A DNA stretch of 64,000 bases, from contig JAFUJA010000031.1 in NCBI GenBank assembly GCA_017473905.1, forward strand, positions 10,914-74,913. Reading direction: 5' to 3'. The stretch comes from Lachnospiraceae bacterium. Lineage in GTDB: Bacteria > Bacillota > Clostridia > Lachnospirales > Lachnospiraceae. The position numbers and the translations under genes were made by a program. Numbering within the stretch: the stretch's first letter is position 1; each line of letters begins with the position of its first letter. Shown here piece after piece: positions 1 to 10,429 of this stretch. The notes below the pieces were generated by a model. That model was not told the origin of the DNA. It saw only the letters and a program-made list of their open reading frames with translations, and did no database searches.

Positions 1-848
1 AAACTGCGGAAATGACTAAGGAAAATGATTCTTTGGGATGTGCAAAGCTTGTAGTATTCTGTAATGCGCCGGATGATAATCCTTTTATGGCGGGAGCATT
101 CCACGGTGTAACGGAAGCAGATTGTGTAATTCACGTTGGTGTCAGTGGCCCCGGCGTTGTAAAAACAGCTTTGGAGAAAGTGCGCGGAGAGAATTTCGAA
201 GTACTTTGTGAAACCATTAAAAAGACTGCTTTTAAAGTCACCCGTGTGGGTCAGCTGGTGGCAAAGGAAGCTTCCAGACGCTTGAATGTACCTTTTGGTA
301 TTATTGATTTATCCCTGGCACCTACTCCGGCAGTGGGAGACAGTGTGGCAGATATTTTATGTGAAATCGGTTTGGAATATGCAGGTGCGCCCGGAACTAC
401 GGCAGCCCTGGCACTTTTAAATGATCAGGTAAAAAAGGGTGGCGTTATGGCATCTTCTTATGTAGGCGGCTTAAGCGGTGCATTTATTCCCGTCAGTGAA
501 GATCAGGGAATGATTGATGCAGTTGTGGCAGGTGCACTCACCTTAGAGAAGCTTGAAGCGATGACCTGTGTTTGTTCCGTTGGTCTTGATATGATTGCAA
601 TTCCCGGAGATACGAAAGCAACCACAATTTCCGGTATTATTGCAGATGAACTTGCCATTGGTATGGTAAATCAGAAAACCACTGCAGTCCGCATTATTCC
701 GGTAATCGGAAAGGGTGTGGGAGAAGTGGTAGAGTTTGGTGGTTTGTTGGGACATGCGCCTATCATGCCTGTAAATCCTTACTCTTGTGATGCGTTTGTA
801 AATCGTGGCGGTAGAATTCCCGCACCGATTCACAGTTTTAAAAATTAA
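1..848 (+). CDS. PFL-like / DUF711 (UPF0210) family protein, 3' part (gene begins before the window)
   Basis: Motifs [49 protein letters not shown] and C-terminal [13 protein letters not shown]; frame open from the window edge. Confidence 0.9.
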   Translation, partial: TAEMTKENDSLGCAKLVVFCNAPDDNPFMAGAFHGVTEADCVIHVGVSGPGVVKTALEKVRGENFEVLCETIKKTAFKVTRVGQLVAKEASRRLNVPFGIIDLSLAPTPAVGDSVADILCEIGLEYAGAPGTTAALALLNDQVKKGGVMASSYVGGLSGAFIPVSEDQGMIDAVVAGALTLEKLEAMTCVCSVGLDMIAIPGDTKATTISGIIADELAIGMVNQKTTAVRIIPVIGKGVGEVVEFGGLLGHAPIMPVNPYSCDAFVNRGGRIPAPIHSFKN

Positions 849-862
849 AAGGAGGAATGGGA

Positions 863-3800
863 ATGTTCGGAAAAAGAACAAAAAAATTGCTGGCAATGTT
901 CTGCATTGCGCTCATGATTTTCGTTACAGTCGGTGAGCATGCGGCAGTAGCAATGGCAGCAGAAGACACAACTCCGAGTGTGACGGAAGAAACTTCGGAA
1001 ACAACAGAAGTGATTTCTTCTGAAAATTCAGAAATCGAAAATTCGGAAACAATTTCGGAAGTAGGTTCTGAAGAAGAAGCACTTCAACCGATTATATTGG
1101 AGGAAATAGCTCCTTTGGAATCGGAACCGGTTATTGAGGCTGAGGATGTGGTAGCATCTTCTGTAGAAGAAGGTGTTTTGACCATTGATGCGTCAGTAAC
1201 AAGTATTTCTTACTTAGACCTTAGTGGGTACAGCTTTCATACACTTCGGTTTGAGGAAGGCTCCTTACTTACCGTAATCAAAGAAGGTGCCTTTGCAGGT
1301 ATGGAGAATCTGTTAGAGGTTGATTTTTCAAATTGTGCCCAGCTGACGGATATCGAGAAGAATGCGTTTAAGGGTTGTACGGCACTTACCACAGTAACAC
1401 TTTCAGATTCCTTGCAGACTATCGGTATCTCTGCATTTGAAAACTGCGGTCTTACTGAGATAACGCTTACCCAGGGACTTATTTCAATTGGATCATATGC
1501 ATTTAAAGGATGTGGTTCTTTGACGGAAGTTATTGTAAATGCAAACAATATTTCCTGTGCCAGCGCAATAGGAATTTTCCAGAATTGTGATATTACAGAA
1601 ATCAGTTTTGCAAATAACAATACGGTTGTTCCTGCAGGACTTTTCTGTTCAGCAAGATTTCACGATGAAGAAACAGATGCAAATGATGCGGTTATTACAA
1701 TTCCTTATTTTATTCAGGGAATTGGTGTAAATGCATTCAAAAGTTCTAACTTACAGAATGTCATTTTTGAAAATACTGAATCCAAAACAAGTGCTCTTTC
1801 TTCTATCGGTAAAGCAGCATTTATGGGTTGTAACAAACTGAATAATGTGACTTTCCCTTCATCACTGAAGACAATTGAGCAGGAAGCATTCAAAGAATGT
1901 AAAGCAATGACGGAAATCAGCATTCCTGATTCCGTTTCAAACATTGGAAAAGAAGCATTCAGTACTTGTACAGATGTTGAAACTCTGCGTCTTTCCAATG
2001 CAACAGATAATTTAGGTTCCGGAATTTTTAAAAACTGTTCAAGTTTGTTGGAAGTAGAAATCCCTTACGGTGTTACATATATTTCTTCAAATGAATTTGA
2101 AGGATGCGTTTCGCTTGCTGAGGTGACGATTGCAAATTCCGTATTGGAAATTCAGAGTTCTGCATTTAAGGACTGTGTAAGTCTTAACGGAATCACAATT
2201 CCGAACTCAGTTGAAACATTGGGTCAAAGTGCTTTTCAGGGCTGTATTTTATTAAATGAGCCGGTTCTGTCTTCTAAAATCACAGTAATCCCCAACAGTT
2301 TGTTTGCAGGATGTATGAGTTTGAAGACTGTCATTTTTGAAGGAAAATCAGAATCTGAAAATGACATTATGGAGATTCCTGCCGGAATTACCGAAATCGG
2401 AGCTTCTGCATTTCTTGATTGTAAGATTGAAAAGAAATTGATTATTCCGAATACGGTTACCAAAATCGGTGCATCTGCGTTCCAGGGAAACACCATCGGA
2501 ACCCTTGATTTAAAAGCGAATAATCTTGTAACCTGCGGTGCGGGTATTTTTAAAGAGTGTTATATTAACAATGTTATTTTCCCTACAGGAATTGAAACAA
2601 TTCCCGCAAGATTGTTTAACGAAGCTCACTTTGTTTCCGGAACTACGGTAACAATTCCCGCAAGTGTCACAAACGTGGGAACATTTGCCTTTGCCGGCAG
2701 CAATGCTACACCCAATAATATTTCTAATATTAAATTCGAAGATGGTTCCTTATTGAATACCATCGGAGCGAATGCATTCCAGTATTGTACTGCAATTCAG
2801 GAATTCGATATTCCCGATACGACAGTGACAATCGGTAATAATGCTTTTGCATATTGTATTAAATTACAGGAAATTACAATTCCTGAGAATGTAACAGCCA
2901 TCGGAACCGGAGCGTTCTCTGACTGTGAAGTTTTAACAACCGTAAAATACAATGCAATTGCAGTAACAACCAAGGCACAGAATATTTTTAAGAACTGTAA
3001 TATTCATACCATTATTTTAGGTGAGAAGGTTCAGATTATTCCCGCATATTTATTCTACGGAGCAAAATTCTCCGTGAATCAGAATACGGAAGAGGTGGTA
3101 TATGTTACCATTACCATTCCCGCATCCGTAAAAGAAATCGGTGAATATTCTTTCACAAGTATCGTAAATATTTCTTCATTGCTTTTTGAGGAAAATTCCA
3201 TTTTGGAGAAAGTGGGTGTCAGTGCATTTGAAGGCTGTACATCTTTAGCTCAGTGTGAATTGACCGAAACAGTTATAACAATCGGAAACAGTGCATTTAA
3301 GGGTTGTGCGGCACTTGAAACCTTTACTTTGCCTGCATCATTGGAAACAATGGGCTCTTATGCATTTTCAGGTTGTGAAAAGGTAACATCTTATGTGATT
3401 CCTGCAAGTGTTACCGAAATTCCTACTTATGCATTTAATGAAAATACAGCATTGGAAGAAGTTACTTTTGCCGGTGATAATGTTACTTCCATCGGTAATA
3501 ACGCATTCTATAACTGTGATGCATTAATAGAAATTAAAATTCCTCAGGGCGTTGAAACGCTTGGTGATTTTGCATTCTACGGATGTGAGGCATTGGAAAA
3601 AATCACAATTCCCGCTTCTGTAACTTCAATCGGAAACGATACTTTTACCGGTTGTACAAATGCAGCTTTTTATGTTGTAAAAGGTTCTTATGCAGAAACA
3701 TGGCTTAAGAACAAAGGGTTATTACCCGAAAATCTGACTGCTATCAACTATGTTTTGAATGGCGGTGAAAATGACCCCAGAAATATTGCCGGATATGAAG

Positions 3801-6800
3801 CGGGAGATGAATTCACATTTTATCCCGCAACAAAGGCAGGCTATGCTTTTGAAGGCTGGTATCTGGATGAGGAATTTAATACAGAGATTAAGAATCTGAA
3901 CGGTTGTACCGGTGAACTTACTTTATATGCAAAGTGGTCTCAGGACAGCTACACCATTACTTATGTTTTAGATGGCGGAATCAATCATGAAGAGAATCCG
4001 GATAAATACAGCATTGAAGATGCATTTGTATTTAAAAATGCTACAAAGACAGGTTATACCTTTGCCGGCTGGTTTACGGACGACGCATTTAAAACCAAAA
4101 TTACTGCCATTACGGAAGGCTCCAGCGGAAACCTTACATTGTATGCGAAGTGGACAGCAATTAAATATACCATTGCATTCAACCGCAATGGAGGTACAGG
4201 CAGCATTACAAGTCTTTACCCTGTAGCGGATGCATCCTTCATGCTTCCTACAGAAGGTTTTACCAGAAAAGGATATACTCTTGTGGGATGGAATACTGCA
4301 TCAGACGGCTCAGGTACATCCTATGAACTTGGTCAGATGGTAAGCGCAATTTCTACATCATCATCCGTTACATTATATGCACAGTGGAAAGCAAATTCCT
4401 ATATGGTATACTTTGATGCAAATGGTGGTCAGTGTGATGAATTAAGCCGTGAGCTTGCATTTAACAGCAAATACGGAACACTTCCTGTTGCTACATGCGA
4501 AGGTTATACCTTGGATGGTTGGTATACAGCATTGGAAGGTGGTGACAAAATTAAGGATACAACCACTTTTGCGAATGATACGGATACAACCCTTTATGCA
4601 CGTTGGAAAGCTAACACGTATAAACTTACCTTTGATGCAAACGGCGGTAAACTTTCTTCAACCAGTGCAAAAACTGTTACCTATGGACAGACTTACGGAA
4701 TCAATCTTGTTACTGCGACGAAGGATGGCTACGCATTTGACGGCTGGTATACAGAGTCTGATGAATTGATTACGGCAGACAGCATTGTGACAATTGCTTC
4801 CGACCATACTTTAATTGCTCATTGGAGAAGTAATGTAACAGCAGAGACACCTGTTGCAAATTATGAATCCGGTTCCGAGTTGTTTGCAGGAACTAAAATT
4901 ATGCTTGTAACAGAAACTCCCGGTGCAACGATTTACTACACTGTGGACGGAGAAATCCCTACTGCGGAAAGCAATCGTTATGTGGACGCAATTGTATTGG
5001 ACGCACCTGTTGTGATTAAAGCAATTGCTGTAAAAGAAGGATATAATGACAGTGCAGTTGCAGAATTCAGCTATACTGTTGTGGATGAGACCCAGTATTG
5101 GGGAGATGTGGCAGAGGAAGACAGAGCACAGTTTGCAGATGCTTCCGAAGTTCCTGATTCCATTTGGGTTGCAGGTGTAAAAGATGCAACATATACAGGC
5201 AAGGCAATTACTTTTACATTGCGTGTATATGACCATAAAACTCTTTTAAAAGAAAAGACGGATTATACCGTAAAATATTCCAATAACAAAGTTGCAGCCG
5301 ATACATCAGCGAAAAAGGCTCCTGCTGTTACCATTACGGCAAAAGGCAGCTATAAAGGAAAAGCAGTTGTTAAGTTTAATATTCTTCCCAGAGATATCAA
5401 CGGAGGAGAATTTACTGCAGACGATATGTATGCAGTTACCGGTAGTAAGGCCCAGAAGCCTGTTCCCGTTTTGATGTACGGTACTACAAAGCTTAAGAAC
5501 AAGAAGGATTATACCGTTTCTTATCCTGAAGCTTATGCAAACGGCTTTACTGCAGACGGTGATTACATCATTACCTTAAAAGGTACGGGTAACTTTACCG
5601 GAAGCAGGGAAGTTAAGTTTGAATTAAAGACTAAGACTTCCATTGCAAAAGCAAGTGTTGTATACGCAAAGAGTGTTACTTACACCGGTGAGGCAATTCA
5701 GCCGGATGTAACAGTTAAGGTTGGTAAGACAACTTTGACAAAGGGAACGGACTACGAAGTGACCTATGGTCCTAATGTAGAAGTCGGAACCGGAACAATC
5801 ACAATTCAAGGTGTTAATTCCTACATTGGAGTGAAGAAAGTAACCTTTAAGATTGCGCCTGTTGCTACAATGAACAAGACCAAGATTACTTTTAATAAGA
5901 CAAGTGTTGAATTTACCGGTAAGGAAATTAAGTTAAATGAGGGTGCAAATCCTCTTACCGCAACGGTAATGTTAAAGGAAACCAAACTTGTTCAGGACAA
6001 AGATTATATTATCAGTGGTTATACCAAGAACAAGGATGCAGGTACCGCAACCGTAATGTTTACCGGTATCGGTGCATATTCCGGAACCGTAAAGAAGACC
6101 TTTAAGATTACACCGGCAACCTTGTCCGCAAATGATATTGCATTTGTTGATAATGCCGGTAATGTGATTTCAGATGCAGAAGCGAAGTATGCATTTGTAA
6201 AAGGCGGATGTAAGCCCGAGATTTGCTTAACCTATGGTGATGTGGTTTACAAGAAGGGTACGGATTACACACTTTCTTATAAAAACAACACAAAAACAGG
6301 TGCAGCAACCATTATTGTAAAAGGTAAAAAGAACTTTAAGGGCAGCATAACCAAGACATTTACCGTAATGCAGCAGGATATCAGCAATATGTCTATTCTG
6401 GTGCAGGATGTGGTATATCAGGATGCAGAGGGTATTTATCCCGTTAAGCCTGTTATTAAAGACTTAGACGGTAAAGCATTGGCTTCAGGAAAGGATTATA
6501 AAGCTTCATTTGCTTATACTTATGCCAAGGATTGCTATGTAAAAGTAAATAAGAAGAGTGTGTTCCGTAAAGCCGGCTCTAAAGTTGAAGCTAAGGATAT
6601 TTTATCCGAGGATACAGTTATTAAGGTTACGGTTTCAGGAACAGGAAACTACACCGGTGAAATCTCTGCGGTATATCGTATTGTAAAAGCAAGTATTGCA
6701 AAAGCAAAGGTTACCGTTGCAAAGCAGTATTACACAGGAAAAAGTGTAGAACCCGGAAAAGATCAGTTAACCGTTAAAGTAGGCTCAGCAGTTCTTAATA

Positions 6801-6952
6801 AAACAGATTATGAAATCGTTGGATACAGCTACAATGTTGCGAAGGGTACAGCAACAGTTACACTGAGAGGTACCGGAAATTACGGCGGTGAAATTACTGT
6901 TAAATTTAAGATTGAGCAGAAGAACTTTATTCTTCGTTTATTAGGCTTATAA
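863..6952 (+). CDS. Large secreted/surface protein: signal peptide, BspA-type leucine-rich repeats (LRR_5), about five InlB-B/Flg_new repeats, a CHB_HEX_C/Fn3-associated domain, C-terminal Ig-like YTG..P repeats
   Basis: Many (I/V)xIPxSVxxIGxxAFxxCxxL repeats; GYxFxGWY...TLYAKW repeats; TPGATIYYTVDG; KGTDYxVxYxxN...GTATxTIxGxGNYxG repeats. GGAGG at 851-855 fits ATG 863 better than ATG 857. Confidence 0.88.
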   Translation: MFGKRTKKLLAMFCIALMIFVTVGEHAAVAMAAEDTTPSVTEETSETTEVISSENSEIENSETISEVGSEEEALQPIILEEIAPLESEPVIEAEDVVASSVEEGVLTIDASVTSISYLDLSGYSFHTLRFEEGSLLTVIKEGAFAGMENLLEVDFSNCAQLTDIEKNAFKGCTALTTVTLSDSLQTIGISAFENCGLTEITLTQGLISIGSYAFKGCGSLTEVIVNANNISCASAIGIFQNCDITEISFANNNTVVPAGLFCSARFHDEETDANDAVITIPYFIQGIGVNAFKSSNLQNVIFENTESKTSALSSIGKAAFMGCNKLNNVTFPSSLKTIEQEAFKECKAMTEISIPDSVSNIGKEAFSTCTDVETLRLSNATDNLGSGIFKNCSSLLEVEIPYGVTYISSNEFEGCVSLAEVTIANSVLEIQSSAFKDCVSLNGITIPNSVETLGQSAFQGCILLNEPVLSSKITVIPNSLFAGCMSLKTVIFEGKSESENDIMEIPAGITEIGASAFLDCKIEKKLIIPNTVTKIGASAFQGNTIGTLDLKANNLVTCGAGIFKECYINNVIFPTGIETIPARLFNEAHFVSGTTVTIPASVTNVGTFAFAGSNATPNNISNIKFEDGSLLNTIGANAFQYCTAIQEFDIPDTTVTIGNNAFAYCIKLQEITIPENVTAIGTGAFSDCEVLTTVKYNAIAVTTKAQNIFKNCNIHTIILGEKVQIIPAYLFYGAKFSVNQNTEEVVYVTITIPASVKEIGEYSFTSIVNISSLLFEENSILEKVGVSAFEGCTSLAQCELTETVITIGNSAFKGCAALETFTLPASLETMGSYAFSGCEKVTSYVIPASVTEIPTYAFNENTALEEVTFAGDNVTSIGNNAFYNCDALIEIKIPQGVETLGDFAFYGCEALEKITIPASVTSIGNDTFTGCTNAAFYVVKGSYAETWLKNKGLLPENLTAINYVLNGGENDPRNIAGYEAGDEFTFYPATKAGYAFEGWYLDEEFNTEIKNLNGCTGELTLYAKWSQDSYTITYVLDGGINHEENPDKYSIEDAFVFKNATKTGYTFAGWFTDDAFKTKITAITEGSSGNLTLYAKWTAIKYTIAFNRNGGTGSITSLYPVADASFMLPTEGFTRKGYTLVGWNTASDGSGTSYELGQMVSAISTSSSVTLYAQWKANSYMVYFDANGGQCDELSRELAFNSKYGTLPVATCEGYTLDGWYTALEGGDKIKDTTTFANDTDTTLYARWKANTYKLTFDANGGKLSSTSAKTVTYGQTYGINLVTATKDGYAFDGWYTESDELITADSIVTIASDHTLIAHWRSNVTAETPVANYESGSELFAGTKIMLVTETPGATIYYTVDGEIPTAESNRYVDAIVLDAPVVIKAIAVKEGYNDSAVAEFSYTVVDETQYWGDVAEEDRAQFADASEVPDSIWVAGVKDATYTGKAITFTLRVYDHKTLLKEKTDYTVKYSNNKVAADTSAKKAPAVTITAKGSYKGKAVVKFNILPRDINGGEFTADDMYAVTGSKAQKPVPVLMYGTTKLKNKKDYTVSYPEAYANGFTADGDYIITLKGTGNFTGSREVKFELKTKTSIAKASVVYAKSVTYTGEAIQPDVTVKVGKTTLTKGTDYEVTYGPNVEVGTGTITIQGVNSYIGVKKVTFKIAPVATMNKTKITFNKTSVEFTGKEIKLNEGANPLTATVMLKETKLVQDKDYIISGYTKNKDAGTATVMFTGIGAYSGTVKKTFKITPATLSANDIAFVDNAGNVISDAEAKYAFVKGGCKPEICLTYGDVVYKKGTDYTLSYKNNTKTGAATIIVKGKKNFKGSITKTFTVMQQDISNMSILVQDVVYQDAEGIYPVKPVIKDLDGKALASGKDYKASFAYTYAKDCYVKVNKKSVFRKAGSKVEAKDILSEDTVIKVTVSGTGNYTGEISAVYRIVKASIAKAKVTVAKQYYTGKSVEPGKDQLTVKVGSAVLNKTDYEIVGYSYNVAKGTATVTLRGTGNYGGEITVKFKIEQKNFILRLLGL

Positions 6953-6957
6953 AAATG

Positions 6958-6997
6958 AAAAGAAGCAGTGCGTTTTTAACAGCGCATTGCTTCTTTT
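6958..6997 (+). terminator. Intrinsic terminator of the LRR gene (potentially bidirectional)
   Basis: AAAAGAAGCAGTGCG...CGCATTGCTTCTTTT inverted repeat just after the stop. Confidence 0.8.
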
Positions 6998-7001
6998 CTG
7001 T

Positions 7002-7044
7002 AAAAAAATAACAGGCTCATTTTCATTTGGAAAAGAGCCTGTTA
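7002..7044 (-). terminator. Intrinsic terminator for tmcAL
   Basis: TAACAGGCTC...GAGCCTGTTA stem with an A-run on its left side (U-tract on - strand). Confidence 0.7.
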
Positions 7045-7050
7045 ACTGTT

Positions 7051-8286
7051 TTATTCGGTTACAATTTCTCGCGTAAATTCGTTGGTAGGTTTTGCATTAA
7101 ATTTCTCTGCAACGATGGAATCATAAATATGTGCTGCGAGAATGTCCGATTCCAACATTTCCATTCCGAGAGGCGAGAGGTTTTTCTTCGCATCCGCGAG
7201 CTTGGAAATAATGGGAATGGAAGATTTTTCTTTCATTGCCGAGGATAATTCCGTGGCATCTTTTTGGATACCAAGGATTCTAGCATAAAAGATATAATCA
7301 TTGGCTACATATTTTTCTAAGTTCTCTTTTTTCAGATTCAAGAGAATATGAAGCAGACAACGGCTTACCCTTGCATAGGTAATGTCTTTTGATTTTAAAA
7401 GCTCACAAAACTGTGTAAAGTTTCGGTATTTTTTAAGATTTTTAGCAATTTTAGCAGAGAAGTCTTCGGAAATATCCAAATACTCCGTGTATCCTTTGGA
7501 TTCCTCCAGAAGAAGTTTGTACTTCAGGATGGAAGAAATATCATCATGGTAAACGGGGAAGCTCTTTCCGTAATTCTTCTGCATTGCGGTGAATACATAA
7601 TCAGGAACCGAGGTTTCCAGCATTTCCAAAGAGTTATTTTCTAAAAGAGACTGGCGGATGGAGAGTGCGGAACTCATGCCGTCCGTTACCATTCTGTCAT
7701 GATAGCCGGAGCCGATACGCTGATTGGTATAAGGGACAATTGTGCTGTTGCGTCTCTTTAATGCTTTGATGTATTCAAATCCTAAAATGTTGTTGGGATA
7801 GCTCATTGCATCCACATGTGCATAAGCATTGGGAATCAAAGCACCGATTGCCTGAGCTCTTGCCTGGGGATAGGTAAGTCCCTGTTTCATATGTGCACGG
7901 ATTTGTTCGGAGAGTAAATCTTCTTTATCAATTAAAATATCTGCAATTTCCGTTAATATTCTAATGTCTGCACATTCACTGCCAAAACAGATACAATCCA
8001 CCATTCCCAATTTGTCTAAAAGAGCAACTGCACCGGATGCGAAATATTCTGCACTGCCGGAAGAGTAGCATAAAGGCAGTTCAAGAACCAAATCTGCGCC
8101 GGCCTTCAGTGCCATTTTAGCTCTGCTGTATTTATCCATAAGAGCGGGAATTCCTCTTTGTGTAAAATTGCCGCTCATAACAACTATAACATAATCCGCT
8201 TTGGTTAATTCTTTTACCTTGCGGATATGGTATGCATGCCCGTTGTGAAGCGGGTTGTATTCTGCAATGATTCCTGCAACTTTCAT
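7051..8286 (-). CDS. tmcAL: tRNA(Met) cytidine acetate ligase (HIGH-motif nucleotidyltransferase, YlbM family)
   Basis: MKVAGIIAEYNPLHNGH, VMSGNFTQRG, GADLVLELP, CFGSE, PNNILGFEY; divergent from pta as is usual in Clostridia. Confidence 0.9.
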   Translation of the reverse strand: MKVAGIIAEYNPLHNGHAYHIRKVKELTKADYVIVVMSGNFTQRGIPALMDKYSRAKMALKAGADLVLELPLCYSSGSAEYFASGAVALLDKLGMVDCICFGSECADIRILTEIADILIDKEDLLSEQIRAHMKQGLTYPQARAQAIGALIPNAYAHVDAMSYPNNILGFEYIKALKRRNSTIVPYTNQRIGSGYHDRMVTDGMSSALSIRQSLLENNSLEMLETSVPDYVFTAMQKNYGKSFPVYHDDISSILKYKLLLEESKGYTEYLDISEDFSAKIAKNLKKYRNFTQFCELLKSKDITYARVSRCLLHILLNLKKENLEKYVANDYIFYARILGIQKDATELSSAMKEKSSIPIISKLADAKKNLSPLGMEMLESDILAAHIYDSIVAEKFNAKPTNEFTREIVTE

Positions 8287-8470
8287 AGTTTGTACCCCTG
8301 TTCTTTTGCTGTGTGTAAAATACATATTTTTCTACTATTTTAGACTACCATGTTTATGACATTATTACAAGTAAAAAATATTTTTATCAAATTTATGTGA
8401 TTGAAATAATCCGTTTTTTTAGTATAAAAAGGACAGAAATAGCCGAGAGTAGGATTTTTTTGATTTTACC

Positions 8471-8499
8471 TTGTAACATGAAATTATTTTATGTATAAT
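8471..8499 (+). promoter_or_regulatory. sigma-A promoter of pta
   Basis: TTGTAA-17 nt-TATAAT. Confidence 0.6.
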
Positions 8500-8563
8500 G
8501 ATTCAGAAACAAAACATCTGCGGATGTTTGGATAAAAATGCAAATGTGAAGGAGATTATGGAA

Positions 8564-9565
8564 ATGGCTTTTGTAGACAAAATCAAAGAAAAAGCAAAAC
8601 AGTGTAAGAAGACAATTCTTCTTCCTGAAACAATGGATGACAGAACATATTACGCAGCTGCACAGGCAATCAAGGAAGACCTTGCTGATATCGTATTAAT
8701 CGGTAGCCAGGCAGAAATCGATGAGCACGTAAAGAGCACCGGTGTTGATGTTAGTGCTGCAAAGATTATTGATCCTGCAAACTGCGATAAGTTTGAAGAT
8801 TATGCAAATCTTTTATATGAAACCAGAAAAGCAAAAGGAATGACCCTTGAGCAGGCAAAAGATATTCTTTTAAAAGATACCATTACTTTCGGTATTGTAA
8901 TGTTAAAGGCAGATGATGCTGACGGTCTTGTTGCAGGTGCTTGCCACTCTACAGCTGATACTTTAAGACCTTCACTTCAGATTTTGAAGACAAAAGCAGG
9001 CTGCAAGCTTGTTTCTGCTTTCTTCGTTATGGACGTACCCAACTGTGAGTTCGGTGCAAACGGAACTTTCATTTTTGCAGACAGCGGTTTGAATCAGGAT
9101 CCTAATCCCGAAGAACTTGCTGCAATCGCAGCTTCTTCTGCAGAAAGCTTCGAAGCATTAGTAGGAGAGAAGGCAGTTTGCGCAATGCTTTCACACTCAA
9201 CCGTAGGAAGTGCAAAGCATGCATTGGTTGACAAGATGGTAGAGGCTACCAAGATTGCAAAAGAGCAGTATCCTGAAATCACTGTTGACGGTGAGTTCCA
9301 GTTAGATGCAGCAATCGTTCCTTCCGTAGCAGCTTCCAAGGCTCCTAACAGCGATGTTGCAGGTAAAGCAAACGTACTTATTTTCCCTAACCTTGATGCA
9401 GGTAACATCTCTTACAAGATTGTACAGAGACTTGCAAAGGCAGATGCATATGGCCCTATTCTTCAGGGTATCGCTAAGCCCGTTAACGATCTTTCCAGAG
9501 GATGCTCTGCAGAAGATATCGTTGGTGTTATCGCAATCACCGTAGCACAGGCTCAGTTAAACTAA
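8564..9565 (+). CDS. pta: Phosphate acetyltransferase
   Basis: ILLPE..DDR, DGEFQLDAAIVP, IFPNLDAGNISYK, GPILQG..KPVNDLSRGCS; GGAG RBS at 8551. Confidence 0.95.
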   Translation: MAFVDKIKEKAKQCKKTILLPETMDDRTYYAAAQAIKEDLADIVLIGSQAEIDEHVKSTGVDVSAAKIIDPANCDKFEDYANLLYETRKAKGMTLEQAKDILLKDTITFGIVMLKADDADGLVAGACHSTADTLRPSLQILKTKAGCKLVSAFFVMDVPNCEFGANGTFIFADSGLNQDPNPEELAAIAASSAESFEALVGEKAVCAMLSHSTVGSAKHALVDKMVEATKIAKEQYPEITVDGEFQLDAAIVPSVAASKAPNSDVAGKANVLIFPNLDAGNISYKIVQRLAKADAYGPILQGIAKPVNDLSRGCSAEDIVGVIAITVAQAQLN

Positions 9566-9585
9566 TTAAAATTATACTGTGATAT

Positions 9586-9621
9586 AAAAAAACCACTATC
9601 CGTAAGGGTAGTGGTTTTTTT
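9586..9621 (+). terminator. Intrinsic terminator after pta
   Basis: AAAAAACCACTATC-CGTAAG-GGTAGTGGTTTTTTT. Confidence 0.85.
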
Positions 9622-9645
9622 GTCTTAGTTTTTATTAAAAAGGAC

Positions 9646-10242
9646 ATGAGTAAGTCAAAGGCGACCCCTTGTATTTTCTTTGCAGTTTCGGGACTGGTAT
9701 TGATTCTTCCGCTTATTATATACGGCGGAATCGGTGTGTTAATGAAAGAATGGATCCATCTTGTCATTGCGATTTTATTGATTTTGTTTTTCCTTGTGGG
9801 TTCTATTTTACTTTTTGTTCTAAACGGAATTCTGAACAAGAAACGTAAGCAGAAGTTAGCAGTTCGTTTAAAAGAGGAAGAAGAGAAACTGAAATTGAAT
9901 ATTGATGAGATGAATCAGATTATCAATGACAACAAAGATGTTCTTTTCGTGATTCCCGAAAAGTACAGATATGCTCATGCAGTTGCTTTTATGCTGGAAT
10001 ATCTTCAGACGTTGCGTGCAGATAACTTCAAGGAAGCAATTAACCTTTACGAGGAAGAAATGCATCGCATCAGAATGGAACAGGGCCAGCAGCAGATTAT
10101 TTTAATTCAGAACCAGCAGCAGAGAGCACTGAACTCCATTAACAATTATAATAAGGCGATGACTGTAATGTCTGCAGTGAATACAGCCGCGAATGTAAGC
10201 AGCGCATTTTCAAATCACTCAATCAACAAGAAATTATTGTAA
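9646..10242 (+). CDS. Hypothetical membrane protein (two TM helices, then coiled coil); possibly a 5'-truncated remnant
   Basis: Hydrophobic N-terminus, KKRKQK stop-transfer, RADNFKEAINLYEEE helix, Q-rich tail; starts 25 nt after the pta terminator with a poorly spaced RBS. Confidence 0.6.
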   Translation: MSKSKATPCIFFAVSGLVLILPLIIYGGIGVLMKEWIHLVIAILLILFFLVGSILLFVLNGILNKKRKQKLAVRLKEEEEKLKLNIDEMNQIINDNKDVLFVIPEKYRYAHAVAFMLEYLQTLRADNFKEAINLYEEEMHRIRMEQGQQQIILIQNQQQRALNSINNYNKAMTVMSAVNTAANVSSAFSNHSINKKLL

Positions 10243-10252
10243 TTCAAGAACA

Positions 10253-10302
10253 AAGAATGTGCTGTGCACATTCTTCGCACCCGAGCGGTATTGCGAAGCA
10301 AT
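10253..10302. repeat. Compact multi-palindrome (REP-like) element
   Basis: Perfect AAGAATGTGC-TGT-GCACATTCTT hairpin, overlapping CTTCGCA...TGCGAAG stem and ATTGC-GAA-GCAAT mini-hairpin. Confidence 0.5.
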
Positions 10303-10315
10303 TAGTTTATAAAAT

Positions 10316-10366
10316 AAGCACCTCATGAGACGGGATAGAAGTATCCGATTTCAGGGGTGCTTTTTT
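10316..10366 (+). terminator. Intrinsic terminator after the hypothetical gene
   Basis: AAGCACCTC...GGGGTGCTT long imperfect stem followed by a T-run. Confidence 0.65.
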
Positions 10367-10391
10367 GTTACACGGAAATTTTATCTGCAAT

Positions 10392-10422
10392 AAAAAAGAC
10401 CTTCGATTCCGAAAGTCTTTTT
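10392..10422 (-). terminator. Terminator for rpmF
   Basis: AAAAAAGAC...GTCTTTTT stem directly downstream of the rpmF stop. Confidence 0.7.
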
Positions 10423-10429
10423 GCCCGAA

